The notes beneath the pieces are model-generated. The model did no database searches and was not told the DNA's origin. It was given only the letters and a program-made list of their open reading frames with translations. 64,000 nt of DNA from Candidatus Merdousia gallistercoris. GTDB taxonomy: Bacteria; Verrucomicrobiota; Verrucomicrobiia; Opitutales; Intestinicryptomonadaceae. Where the stretch lies: the NCBI GenBank assembly GCA_018713685.1, contig DVOK01000006.1:62545-126544 (forward strand), given 5' to 3'. Made by a program: the position numbers and the translations under genes. Below are positions 38,573 through 49,865 of the stretch, in pieces (the first letter of the stretch is position 1; each line of letters opens with the position of its first letter).

Positions 38573-40362
38573 TTGCTTTCCTTAGAAATTTTTGCGCCTC
38601 ATTGGCGGCTTTGATAGTATTTTTTATAGCAGTGCCTTTCACGTTTCTGGTTATAATCGCGGCGGTGATTGCGTCGATAGGCGAGAAGGACAAATTAGAG
38701 GTCTCAAAAGGCGGAGTCCTCGTATTAGATTTGTCGGACGGGGTTTCCGAGACTTCCCCAGCAAGCAATTTTAAGATCCGCGGGAAGTTTTTTAAAATTC
38801 CCCCGGAGAGCACTTTTGATATATGCGCTAAAATACGGGCGGCGGCGGCGGACCCATCTGTGAATGCCCTGTTGATAAAGGGAAGTGCGGCAGACTCGCC
38901 TTCGGGGATATCGCTCGCGCAGGCTTCGGAAATAAGAGAGGCGGTCGAGAAATTCTCCGAGAAGGGAAAAGTTTCTTATGCGTATCTCGAAAACCCCTGC
39001 TTTGTGGACTATTATTTGGCTAGTGCCGCGCGGGCAGTCATAATGAATCCCTTCGGCTCGATGGAATACAAAGGGCTGGCGTTGCAGAGCGTGTATTTGG
39101 GTGGGGCAATGAAAAAATACGGCATTGGCGTTGCGCTTGTAAAGTCCGGCGAGTTTAAGAGCGCGGGCGAAATGTTTACGTCGGATAAAATGCCCGAATC
39201 GCAAAAAGCGCATTTGTCGAAAGTCCTTCAATCTCTATGGAGCGGCTGCCAATCGCAAATATCGGCCTCGCGCGGGATACCGGAAGCGGCACTTTCTAAA
39301 ATCGCGCGCGAGGAGGCGATATTTTCAGCCTACGACGCCAAAAAATTCGGGTTTGTTGATGAGCTTATGTATGCCGACACTCTAATAGAAATGCTAAAAA
39401 CTACGTACGGTGAAAAGGGCAATACTTTTAAAAATTTGAGCATCCGCGACTATTCCGTTCCTGTTAACTATAACACGGCAAAAATAGCTGTTGTGGCTCT
39501 CGAAGGTGAGATTTGCGAAGACTCCGTGTCGTCTGGCAGAATGTCTGCAAAAAAAATAGCCGGAATACTCCGCCGCATTCGCGCCGACAACTCAGTGAAG
39601 GCGGTAGTGCTTAGGATAGACAGCCCCGGCGGAAGCGCCTATGCGAGCGAGGTCATACGCAGGGAGGTCGAGGCTCTCTCACAAAAGGCAAAAGTAGTTG
39701 CCTCGTTCGGCTCCACCGCCGCAAGCGGCGCTTATTGGATTTCAACGGCAGCGCACAAAATATGCGCCGACGCATCTACGATAACGGGGTCGATAGGCGT
39801 ATTTTCAGTCGGCTTTGACATCGAAAAAATCGCGGCGGAGCACGGGGTGAAATTCGACGGCGTAAAGACCGACCCTATGGCGGATTTTATGTCGGCCTTG
39901 CGCGCGGCGGACGATAGGGATTTGGCGAAGATGAAAGACTTGTGCGACGATGTGTACGAAAGGTTTGTCATGCTTGTCTGCAAGTCCAGAAAAATGGATA
40001 TAAAAGACGTTGAAAAAATCGCGGACGGCAAGATTTACACAGGTGCTCAGGCTTTGGAAATAGGTTTATGCGATTCTATTGGCGGGGTTGAAAGCGCAAT
40101 AAATGAGGCCGCGAAACTTGCGAAGATTGGCGGCTACAAGGTTGTTCAATACCCGAAATACGACCCGATTAGCGAGATTTTTCCGGTTGATTCCTCAAGC
40201 GCGGAAATATTGGGTAAAGCTCCGTCAGTATTCGGCGCGAAATTTGGTAAGTGCGCGGCATTTGTCGAGGAGACCGCAAAATTATCGCGGGCGCCGTTAA
40301 AAAGGAGGGTTTATATGCGCATTTTCCCGACTTTTGAATTGTCCGGAGTTTCCGGAAAGTAG
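38569..40362 (+). CDS. sppA: signal peptide peptidase SppA, 67K type (tandem S49 domains)
   Basis: The start at the ATG at 38569 overlaps the pncC stop (ATGA). 'MIAFLRNFCASLAALIVFF' is a TM anchor. The second domain carries 'GSTAASGAYWIS' (Ser nucleophile region). Confidence 0.85.
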   Translation: MIAFLRNFCASLAALIVFFIAVPFTFLVIIAAVIASIGEKDKLEVSKGGVLVLDLSDGVSETSPASNFKIRGKFFKIPPESTFDICAKIRAAAADPSVNALLIKGSAADSPSGISLAQASEIREAVEKFSEKGKVSYAYLENPCFVDYYLASAARAVIMNPFGSMEYKGLALQSVYLGGAMKKYGIGVALVKSGEFKSAGEMFTSDKMPESQKAHLSKVLQSLWSGCQSQISASRGIPEAALSKIAREEAIFSAYDAKKFGFVDELMYADTLIEMLKTTYGEKGNTFKNLSIRDYSVPVNYNTAKIAVVALEGEICEDSVSSGRMSAKKIAGILRRIRADNSVKAVVLRIDSPGGSAYASEVIRREVEALSQKAKVVASFGSTAASGAYWISTAAHKICADASTITGSIGVFSVGFDIEKIAAEHGVKFDGVKTDPMADFMSALRAADDRDLAKMKDLCDDVYERFVMLVCKSRKMDIKDVEKIADGKIYTGAQALEIGLCDSIGGVESAINEAAKLAKIGGYKVVQYPKYDPISEIFPVDSSSAEILGKAPSVFGAKFGKCAAFVEETAKLSRAPLKRRVYMRIFPTFELSGVSGK

Positions 40363-40949
40363 GGGAGGTTTAAAATGTATTGATATGCAGGAGGGCTTGC
40401 GGGGATAAGTTTTATTCTGCGGGAGCTTTCAGCAGATGCAATTTATATATCCGTAAAATAGAAGTAGCCAATCTATATGCCGCAATAATTCGCGAATTTA
40501 AATAATTAAAAGGCGTCAATAGATTGTATCTTTAAAAAACTATATTCTATGGGCAATTTTTTTACGGCGAGCATTACAAAAGCTTGGGCGGCTGGCTTGC
40601 TGGAGAGATAAAAAACAGATTCCAAAATACAAATTTTCTATGCCGCTTTTCATTAGTCTGTGCGACAATAGTATTGCAAGGAATATTGACTCTACTGGAT
40701 ATCGGGCGGCTAATAACTTTGCTCTTTTTAGTTTCACAGCGCGCAAATGCGTATTTTTTGCGCAGGCAAATTGCAATTATTTGGGCTATGAAAAGTGCTC
40801 TTTTTACGATTTGTTGATGCAAGGTATGCATTGTACTTGCAATTTGCAATGCTTCTTGGCGGTTTTACGCCGCGCGAATGCGAGGTGGGATTTCCGCAAG
40901 GAATTTTGCAATATATTGCCGCCAGACTGCGGCAAAAAATGTAAAGTCC

Positions 40950-40986
40950 ATAAAAAGGAAGGGTGCGCCCAGCGAAAGGCGCACCC
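40950..40986 (-). terminator. rho-independent terminator of the 41015-41413 gene
   Basis: 9-bp GC-rich stem GGGTGCGCC/GGCGCACCC (40961-40969 and 40978-40986). On the minus strand it is followed by TTCCTTTTTAT. Confidence 0.6.
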
Positions 40987-41014
40987 AGTTTAGCTTCTAT
41001 TTTATTTGGAAAAT

Positions 41015-41413
41015 TTAGAAGTTGGGGTGGCAGATGATAGTATCGCCGGCAGCGACTACAATATCTTCGCCATCGCTCCAAACGGAGTCGTTAATTAGGA
41101 CTTTAAATGTGACGTTGCCTTTGGGAACTGCTTGTTCCCACAGCCATTCATCTTCGCCGACGCATTGCATTGGCACGCCTACATTCCAATCCAAGCCGCC
41201 GCCGAGACCGCGTATGTACAGCTGGTTGCCCCAACCCGCATTGTACTTGGCGATGACTCTCGTGACCTTCTTGCAGGCAGAAGATTTGCTCTGCCCGGCG
41301 ACGTCACACGCGCAAGCCGCCGTTTTTGCCTTGGCGGACTTTTTGGAGGCCGTTGCCTTTGGCGCAGCGGCTTTGGTTGTCACTTTCTTGACTGTCTTTT
41401 TTGTGGCAGGCAT
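41015..41413 (-). CDS. Lys/Ala-rich (histone H1-like) tail fused to a CBM20-like beta-sandwich domain
   Basis: The N-terminus is 'MPATKKTVKKVTTKAAAPKATASKKSAKAKTAA'. The C-terminus 'GWGNQLYIRGLGGGLDWNVGVPM...WLWEQAVPKGNVTFKVLINDSVWSDGED' follows the G-x-x-Y-I-x-G...W...W...P.G...FK pattern of starch-binding modules. It has its own terminator. Confidence 0.55.
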   Translation of the reverse strand: MPATKKTVKKVTTKAAAPKATASKKSAKAKTAACACDVAGQSKSSACKKVTRVIAKYNAGWGNQLYIRGLGGGLDWNVGVPMQCVGEDEWLWEQAVPKGNVTFKVLINDSVWSDGEDIVVAAGDTIICHPNF

Positions 41414-41589
41414 TTTTTTTCCTTTCCTGATAAATAAGGTTCTATTACCTCATTAGTTAAGTCGGTATTATTTTCCGAGTCCGAGAAATAAATCAAGCAT
41501 TAAATTATTTATTTTTTCCCTTATCGGAAATATAATTTGCCTATCTTTATCTATCGTATAAAACGCCCGATATATAAATTTGTTTTAAA

Positions 41590-41628
41590 AAAAATAAAAA
41601 AACCGCCTAAAAGGCGGCTTTTTTTTTG
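41590..41628 (-). terminator. bidirectional-looking terminator downstream of the ppiD-like gene
   Basis: Stem CCGCC, loop TAAAA, stem GGCGG, flanked by an A-run upstream and a T9 run downstream. It lies 16 nt past the stop of the 41644-43278 gene. Confidence 0.6.
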
Positions 41629-41643
41629 CAAATAATGGAATTC

Positions 41644-43278
41644 TTATTCGATTTCGTCGGAATTGGCGGAATACTGTTTGGATATCATCTCGCTTACGAC
41701 ATTTAGAGCCGAGATTTGAGAGAAAGAGCGTTCCGCATTTTCTTTTAAAGAAGTGAAATCTTTGTCAGAAACGTTGATTGCAGGCGGAGTGAACTTGGAC
41801 ACGAAAATTATATATCCGTCACCCGCGACTGTTTGCATAGCCGACATTTTTCCGGCTGCAAGCTTCGGCAACTCCGAACTTGCGACCGCATTGAGCGCGT
41901 ATGAGGCATTGTCTTGGGAGGGGGAGGCTATGACATAATTTTTAAATTCTTCGATTTTCGCCCCTCCTTCTTTTGAAATCTTTGCAAATGCCGCCTCGTC
42001 TTTCGCAGATTTGAGCGCTTTTTCGAGGGTGGATACGCGTTCTGCGAAAAGTTTCTGCTTTTGCGACAATTTGTAATCGGCCTCAACTTTAGCCTTTACT
42101 TCGTCGAGTTTGGGCAGATAGGAGGGAACCTTTTCGGAAAGGATTGCAACAGTTACGCCGTTTTCCGAAGGAATGGGGTCCGAAAAGAATAGTTTTTCGT
42201 CGAGCTTTATGCCTACCTGCGCAACCGATATATCGACACCTTCGGGCAGTTTTTGGTCGGTCGTTCTAAAAAGCGGGAGCTTCTTCACTTCGGCTTTCGC
42301 GTCGGCGACGAGCTTTTTAAGTTCGGCGGAGCCCATTTTTACACCGGAGTCGTATATGGAAATTGCGAGGTTTTCAGCGGCTTTTGCGGCGGCTCTCAAA
42401 GAGGAGTCCGCGAGCACGTCAGCCTTTACTTTGTCGGCAATTTCCGATAGTGCGGGCATATAGGGCTTGCCGTCTTTTTGCGTGGCGTACTTGCGCATGT
42501 TGGAGCCGTAGAAGGCGGAGATTTCCGCATCTGTGGGCGTTGGCACCGATGCCGCGTATTTCACCGACGGGAAGAATACTGTTTCGAGTATTACGCCTTC
42601 GCCAATTCTGTAATTTTCAATGTTTTCCTTAAAGAACTTTTCGAGGTCCGCCTGGTTTACTTTTATTTCAGGCTTAAAGTTTTCAAATTGGAGAATCGCC
42701 ATTGCGAAGTCCCATTTGCCGTAGAATTTTTTGTACTGATTTTCAATGTATGAAAGCGGCAAGTATCCGGGACCGCCCATCAATTTTTCAACTTTATTGG
42801 CGAGGGCGTTCTGGGAGATTATATACGAGAGAAGTTCTTCGCTCATGCGGCCGCGGTCGCTCACAAATTTCTTCCATAATTCGGGGTCGAAATTTCCGCT
42901 CGCATTCTTAAATGCGGGGGAGGACTGCACATATTCCCTAAGTTCGTCTTCGGAAACTTGGCTCATTCCCAATTCGCGGGCGGCGGACAAGAGGTAGGCT
43001 TGGCGCAACATTAGCTGTGTCATCTGCTGCTGTGTGCGTATATTCTTCTGCCCGAGAATGGCGTCATAGACAGCCAAGTTTTGCAGATTGGCCTTCACAT
43101 TTTCGTCGGACAGATTGTAGCCGTAAAATTCTTTCGTATTATCCCAAGCGCGGTTTCTATCGCCGAGGAACGGAACAGAGCCAATCGTAAATACGAACGC
43201 TATCACGATTGCTACCAACAGCACCATGAATACGGGTTTATGGTGTTTTTGCAGAACGATTTGAATCCAAGTAATCAT
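41644..43278 (-). CDS. PpiD-like periplasmic chaperone (SurA N-domain family, membrane anchored)
   Basis: I chose the start at 43278 ('MITWIQIVLQKHHKPVFMVLLVAIVIAFV', the typical PpiD N-terminal anchor). The remainder is long and helical or parvulin-like. The track start at 43401 adds 41 atypical residues. Confidence 0.7.
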   Translation of the reverse strand: MITWIQIVLQKHHKPVFMVLLVAIVIAFVFTIGSVPFLGDRNRAWDNTKEFYGYNLSDENVKANLQNLAVYDAILGQKNIRTQQQMTQLMLRQAYLLSAARELGMSQVSEDELREYVQSSPAFKNASGNFDPELWKKFVSDRGRMSEELLSYIISQNALANKVEKLMGGPGYLPLSYIENQYKKFYGKWDFAMAILQFENFKPEIKVNQADLEKFFKENIENYRIGEGVILETVFFPSVKYAASVPTPTDAEISAFYGSNMRKYATQKDGKPYMPALSEIADKVKADVLADSSLRAAAKAAENLAISIYDSGVKMGSAELKKLVADAKAEVKKLPLFRTTDQKLPEGVDISVAQVGIKLDEKLFFSDPIPSENGVTVAILSEKVPSYLPKLDEVKAKVEADYKLSQKQKLFAERVSTLEKALKSAKDEAAFAKISKEGGAKIEEFKNYVIASPSQDNASYALNAVASSELPKLAAGKMSAMQTVAGDGYIIFVSKFTPPAINVSDKDFTSLKENAERSFSQISALNVVSEMISKQYSANSDEIE

Positions 43279-43414
43279 ACTATAAATTTTTAAAGGGGCA
43301 AATTTATCTACAAGTGTAGGATATGTCAATCTTTGAAACGCGTAAAAAAACTGTTTGCCGAAAAACTCTTTGCGGCTTGTAAATTTCCCATAAAAACCCA
43401 ATATAGAGCGGAAA

Positions 43415-45148
43415 ATGAGTGAGAATTTAAAAACCGCCCTGATTTTGTGCGCCGGCTACGGAACCCGACTAAGACCCCTTACGGATAAACTTCCCAAGCC
43501 GCTTTTGCCCGTGCGCGGAAAGCCCGCAATATTTGCTGTCATGGACAAGCTGCGCGCGGCGGGCGTAGATGATTTCCTCATAAATGTGCATCACTTGCCC
43601 GAAAAATTTGCCGAAATTTTTGAGCTTCCGCCCGACTCTTTTAAAAGAGGGCGGCTCGCCAAGACGCACTATTGCGGTTCTTCTGTGAGGCTTGTCTTTG
43701 AGCCGCAAATACTCGACACCGGCGGCGCCGTAAAAAATATACTGCCTTTTATAGACACCTCAAAGCCGCTTGTGGTCCATAACGGCGACATATATTTTGA
43801 TTGCCCGGCAGATGAATTTCTCTCCGCCGCGCAAGAAAATGTCTCAGACGCCGCCTGCGCCGCGACCCTTTGCCTGCGCTCCGGCGGGAATATGCCAAAT
43901 GTTGGCGTCGATTCGCTCGGAAACGTTTGCGACATGCGATTTGCGCTTGCCGCGCCTTATGAGAAAATCGCCCAGTACGCGGGTTTTTTTGTTCTCAATC
44001 CGCTGATATTCGACCGCTTTCGCCGCGCCAAAACCGCTAAGTTCTCGGTGGTGGATATTTTTTTGGATGCACTGCGCGCTGGGGAGCGCATTGCGGGATT
44101 TTTTGCCGACGGCGGCGAATGGGCTGATATAGGGACCCGCGCCGAATACGCGCGTCTAAATTCCCGCGGGCTTCCGGACGAGTGGGTGGCGCTTGCCGAA
44201 CTTTGCGAGTGCGGATTTGAGCCAAACGAGGCTGATATAAGAAAAGTCGCAAAGGGGGCGTCGACGCGCGCATTTTATAGATTTTCCAAAGGCGGGGAAA
44301 AACTTGTGGGCTGTTTCTATTCGGATTTGCTGCGCGAGAATTTCTTGTACGCGCCGATAGCGGAATTTTTATGCGGTTGCGGTGTTCCAGTGCCAAAAAT
44401 TTTATTCCACGACGCGCATAAAAAAATAATCGTAATGGAGGATGCAGGCGCGCGCGACATCGGCGAATTGCCGCCGGAAGAGAGGCAGGGCGCATATTTT
44501 GCCGCTTTGCGCGCGGCGAAAATTTTACATACAAAAGCTTCCGAAAAATTCGCCGCAAATCCCATAGAATTGTGCCCTCCATTCGACGCCGATTTATACC
44601 GGTGGGAGCAGGATTATTTTTATAGAGAGTGCGCGCAGGGAGTCTTCGGTATAAATATTCCGCGCCCAGATTCCGATTTTGAAGTTTTGACGCGCAGGTT
44701 ATTGGATTTCCCGCGCAGGTTATTGTTTAGGGATTTTCAATCGCAGAATATTATGGTTTCGGAAGGCGGAGATATACGGGTTATAGACTTTCAGGGAATG
44801 AGGCTTGGCAATCCGTTTTACGATGTCGCATCTTTGTTGTTTGATCCTTACGTGGAGAAGCTTGGCGGGGAGTTTGTCGACGACGCGCTCGGAGAATATC
44901 TGGATTTCCTTCCCGACGCATCATTCCCCAGCTTTGCGGAATCGCGGGAAATGCTAAATTTTGCGGGGGTTGAGAGGCTGCTGCAAGCGTTGGGGGCGTA
45001 CGGATTTTTGTCGGCGAAAAAGGGTAAGACAGAGTATGTGAAATATTTTGCGCCTGCTGCGGCAAATTTGCTTGGTTGCGCCCAGAAGTGCGGGCTTTCG
45101 GGTATTGCTGAATTTGCCTCGGCAATTTTGGAGAAAACGCGCCGATAG
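43415..45148 (+). CDS. fused sugar-1-phosphate nucleotidyltransferase (MurU-like) and anomeric sugar kinase (AmgK-like, APH fold)
   Basis: The N-terminus reads 'ALILCAGYGTRLRPLTDKLPKPLLPV'. The C-terminus reads 'LLFRDFQSQNIMVSEGGDIRVIDFQGMRLGNPFYDVASLLFDPY' (APH/AmgK catalytic and DFQ motifs). Confidence 0.75.
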   Translation: MSENLKTALILCAGYGTRLRPLTDKLPKPLLPVRGKPAIFAVMDKLRAAGVDDFLINVHHLPEKFAEIFELPPDSFKRGRLAKTHYCGSSVRLVFEPQILDTGGAVKNILPFIDTSKPLVVHNGDIYFDCPADEFLSAAQENVSDAACAATLCLRSGGNMPNVGVDSLGNVCDMRFALAAPYEKIAQYAGFFVLNPLIFDRFRRAKTAKFSVVDIFLDALRAGERIAGFFADGGEWADIGTRAEYARLNSRGLPDEWVALAELCECGFEPNEADIRKVAKGASTRAFYRFSKGGEKLVGCFYSDLLRENFLYAPIAEFLCGCGVPVPKILFHDAHKKIIVMEDAGARDIGELPPEERQGAYFAALRAAKILHTKASEKFAANPIELCPPFDADLYRWEQDYFYRECAQGVFGINIPRPDSDFEVLTRRLLDFPRRLLFRDFQSQNIMVSEGGDIRVIDFQGMRLGNPFYDVASLLFDPYVEKLGGEFVDDALGEYLDFLPDASFPSFAESREMLNFAGVERLLQALGAYGFLSAKKGKTEYVKYFAPAAANLLGCAQKCGLSGIAEFASAILEKTRR

Positions 45149-45428
45149 ATGCGCTGTTTTAAGGTGCCGCAGGGTATATACATTAATTTGCAAGAAACGC
45201 GCTTATAGTAGGTTTCGGTGTTTTGTTTGGCAGGTTCGCACGTAATAATTCATAATACATGTATGAATATTTTATATTATTATATATTTTAAGAGAAGGG
45301 AAATTTGATTAAAAAAAATGACTTATTGGCTATTTTTTAACTTGACATTGTTCAGCTTTCATATACGAAAATAAATATTAATTCCATTGCAACTACCACT
45401 CGGCAAAATCTAACAAAAAAATCTGTAT

Positions 45429-46556
45429 ATGAAAAAAGATATCTTTTTAGCTCTATTTTTTATGCTTTCCGGAGGCGCATTAATTGCGGCTCTTCCAACA
45501 TCTCCTCTCAATGAAGAATATACCATTACTGGAAACGAAACTGTTAATGGCCAATGGTACCAGCATTATCAAGTGGGTGATAACGGCATACTAAATATAT
45601 ACGGAGAAGGCGCAATGCTCACGGTAAACTATGGCCACAATTACTCTCCGACTTTCTCCGGATCGGGAATTGTGAATGTTGGTTCCGATACAGATTTTGG
45701 GCGCCTCGTCGTTACGAGTGCAGAAGCCTTTGAGGATGGTTGGAACAATATAATAAATTTTACGGGCACTATAAATGTCGGATATCTCGGGGATTTTTCT
45801 ATAAGCGGCGAATTTCCTTCTCATTATGGCACTATATTTTCGATAAGGAATTTGAATATTGATGGAACGGTCTCAGTAATGCCTTCAATTCAAAACAATG
45901 TTTCGTATTTTGAGGTCGGAAATCTAAATCTAAGCAAGGACGGAATGTTTACGAGTGAGATAGATATCCAAATGACGGGCAACGGAGTTTATAACATATA
46001 TGGCAATGGCCTTAACGCTCCGCGAATAAGAATCTCTCAAGGCGAAAGCAATGTTATAAATCTCAACGGAGAAAACCTCCTTTCAAACATAAAAACGATA
46101 GACTTCCAATCGTACGGCGGCTATCTGAGAATAAACGCTTATGCCGATAATACCTTAAACGGGTTTACTTTTACTTCAAACGCAAAGTTGGGAATTTCAG
46201 TTTCTGCCGGTGAGACGTTGATTATAGACAATCTTAAAATTGAAAGCACAAATGTTTCAAATGTTGCAATCGAGTTCTATGATTATACAAACGGATCGTT
46301 CGGGATAGGAGATTCCGACGTTTCGATTGAGGACAATCGGCTCTACATTCCTTCGACAGACACATATGTTGATTTGATTGCATACGACGCAGAAGGTTCT
46401 GTTTTATCGGGTATATGGTCTCTCGATTGGGACGGCTATACAAACTCGTTTATGTTCAACCAGACCGTTCCTGAGCCGGCTGTTTTTGCTGTTGTGCTCG
46501 GGGGACTTGCGCTGTTTTGCGCGTTGCGCAATAGACGGCGTCCGCGTAGCAGGTAG
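45429..46556 (+). CDS. PEP-CTERM sorting-domain secreted protein (beta-helix-like passenger)
   Basis: It has an N-terminal signal peptide. The C-terminus 'VPEPAVFAVVLGGLALFCALRNRRRPRSR' has the PEP motif, a TM helix and an Arg-rich tail. The body is Gly/Asn/Ile-rich. Confidence 0.8.
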   Translation: MKKDIFLALFFMLSGGALIAALPTSPLNEEYTITGNETVNGQWYQHYQVGDNGILNIYGEGAMLTVNYGHNYSPTFSGSGIVNVGSDTDFGRLVVTSAEAFEDGWNNIINFTGTINVGYLGDFSISGEFPSHYGTIFSIRNLNIDGTVSVMPSIQNNVSYFEVGNLNLSKDGMFTSEIDIQMTGNGVYNIYGNGLNAPRIRISQGESNVINLNGENLLSNIKTIDFQSYGGYLRINAYADNTLNGFTFTSNAKLGISVSAGETLIIDNLKIESTNVSNVAIEFYDYTNGSFGIGDSDVSIEDNRLYIPSTDTYVDLIAYDAEGSVLSGIWSLDWDGYTNSFMFNQTVPEPAVFAVVLGGLALFCALRNRRRPRSR

Positions 46557-47285
46557 TTTCCCAGAAGCGGCGCATTTGCCAAGTTATTAAAAAGCATCGG
46601 CAAAACTTTTAAAATTGCAGGCTGAGTCGCAAAATTTTTTCTCTCCTGCAATTATTTTAGATTATAATATTTGTGCGAGGGGCGTATCCGGGCTATTGCT
46701 ATTTTGGAAACAGCGTGTGTGTGTCTTTTTAACTCGGGAAAATAAAATTTCGCAACTCTACGATGCGTCCGAGGGCGCGGGAATATAAACTATAAAAAAT
46801 GACGATACTCGCAATTTATGCGTTAATTGAATCCAAGCAAAAATGCGAAATAGGGATTTTTAATAGGATAGCTTCTGGTGCAAAATTTGCTGTGCATTGT
46901 ATAGGTATTTGAGCGGCTGTTCATAAGATTTTTCTATACGCTGCAATAATTTTTATTTGGCTTCATATTTTGACTGAGTTTTTCACTGCCGTAGGATTGC
47001 TTTTGAAATAATATACACTTTTATTTTTAGCACAGAAAAACTTGCATGTTAGGCTGTTGATATATCTTGTCGCCTTGCCTAAAAATTTTGCTTTTTAAAC
47101 TTATCGTCGGATTTTCCAGCCAACTTTTTCGGAAAGTATTTTTTTTCGCCCAAAAAGTAAAATCGGTGATAGCGCAAATTTGCCGGTGCGCATTTCTTTG
47201 CATACTGCGGCAGATAATTTGCGGATTCGGGATTTTAATAAAATTATCCCTATCCGCGAAAAAGTACGCAAAACCTCCGCTTTAT

Positions 47286-49747
<2,462 letters not shown>

Positions 49748-49749
49748 TT

Positions 49750-49775
49750 AAAAAAAAGCCGCAAGCCCGCTTGGT
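49750..49775 (-). terminator. possible terminator between mgtE and pyrG
   Basis: On the minus strand a short GC hairpin (CAAGC GGG CTTG region) is followed by T8. The stem is weak. Confidence 0.35.
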
Positions 49776-49865
49776 TAAAGCGCGGATAAATGCGGCGGTT
49801 TCGGAAAATGGGGCGTTCTGCGCGGATATTTTTCCGCCGCAATCAATTCGCAGGCTGCAAAATCC

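Noticed and set aside
40640-40993. 117-aa Cys-rich plus-strand ORF in the sppA-downstream spacer
   Set aside because: It runs through the terminator hairpin of the convergent gene. It has no RBS and has odd composition. I treated the region as non-coding (see the finding on TTGCAA repeats).
45149-45428. Search for sigma-54 (-24 GG / -12 GC) or clean sigma-70 promoters upstream of the PEP-CTERM and pilin-like genes
   Set aside because: The candidate TGGC...TGC pairs have the wrong spacing. TTGACA at 45342 has only a 14-nt spacer to the best -10-like hexamer. This is not strong enough to annotate.
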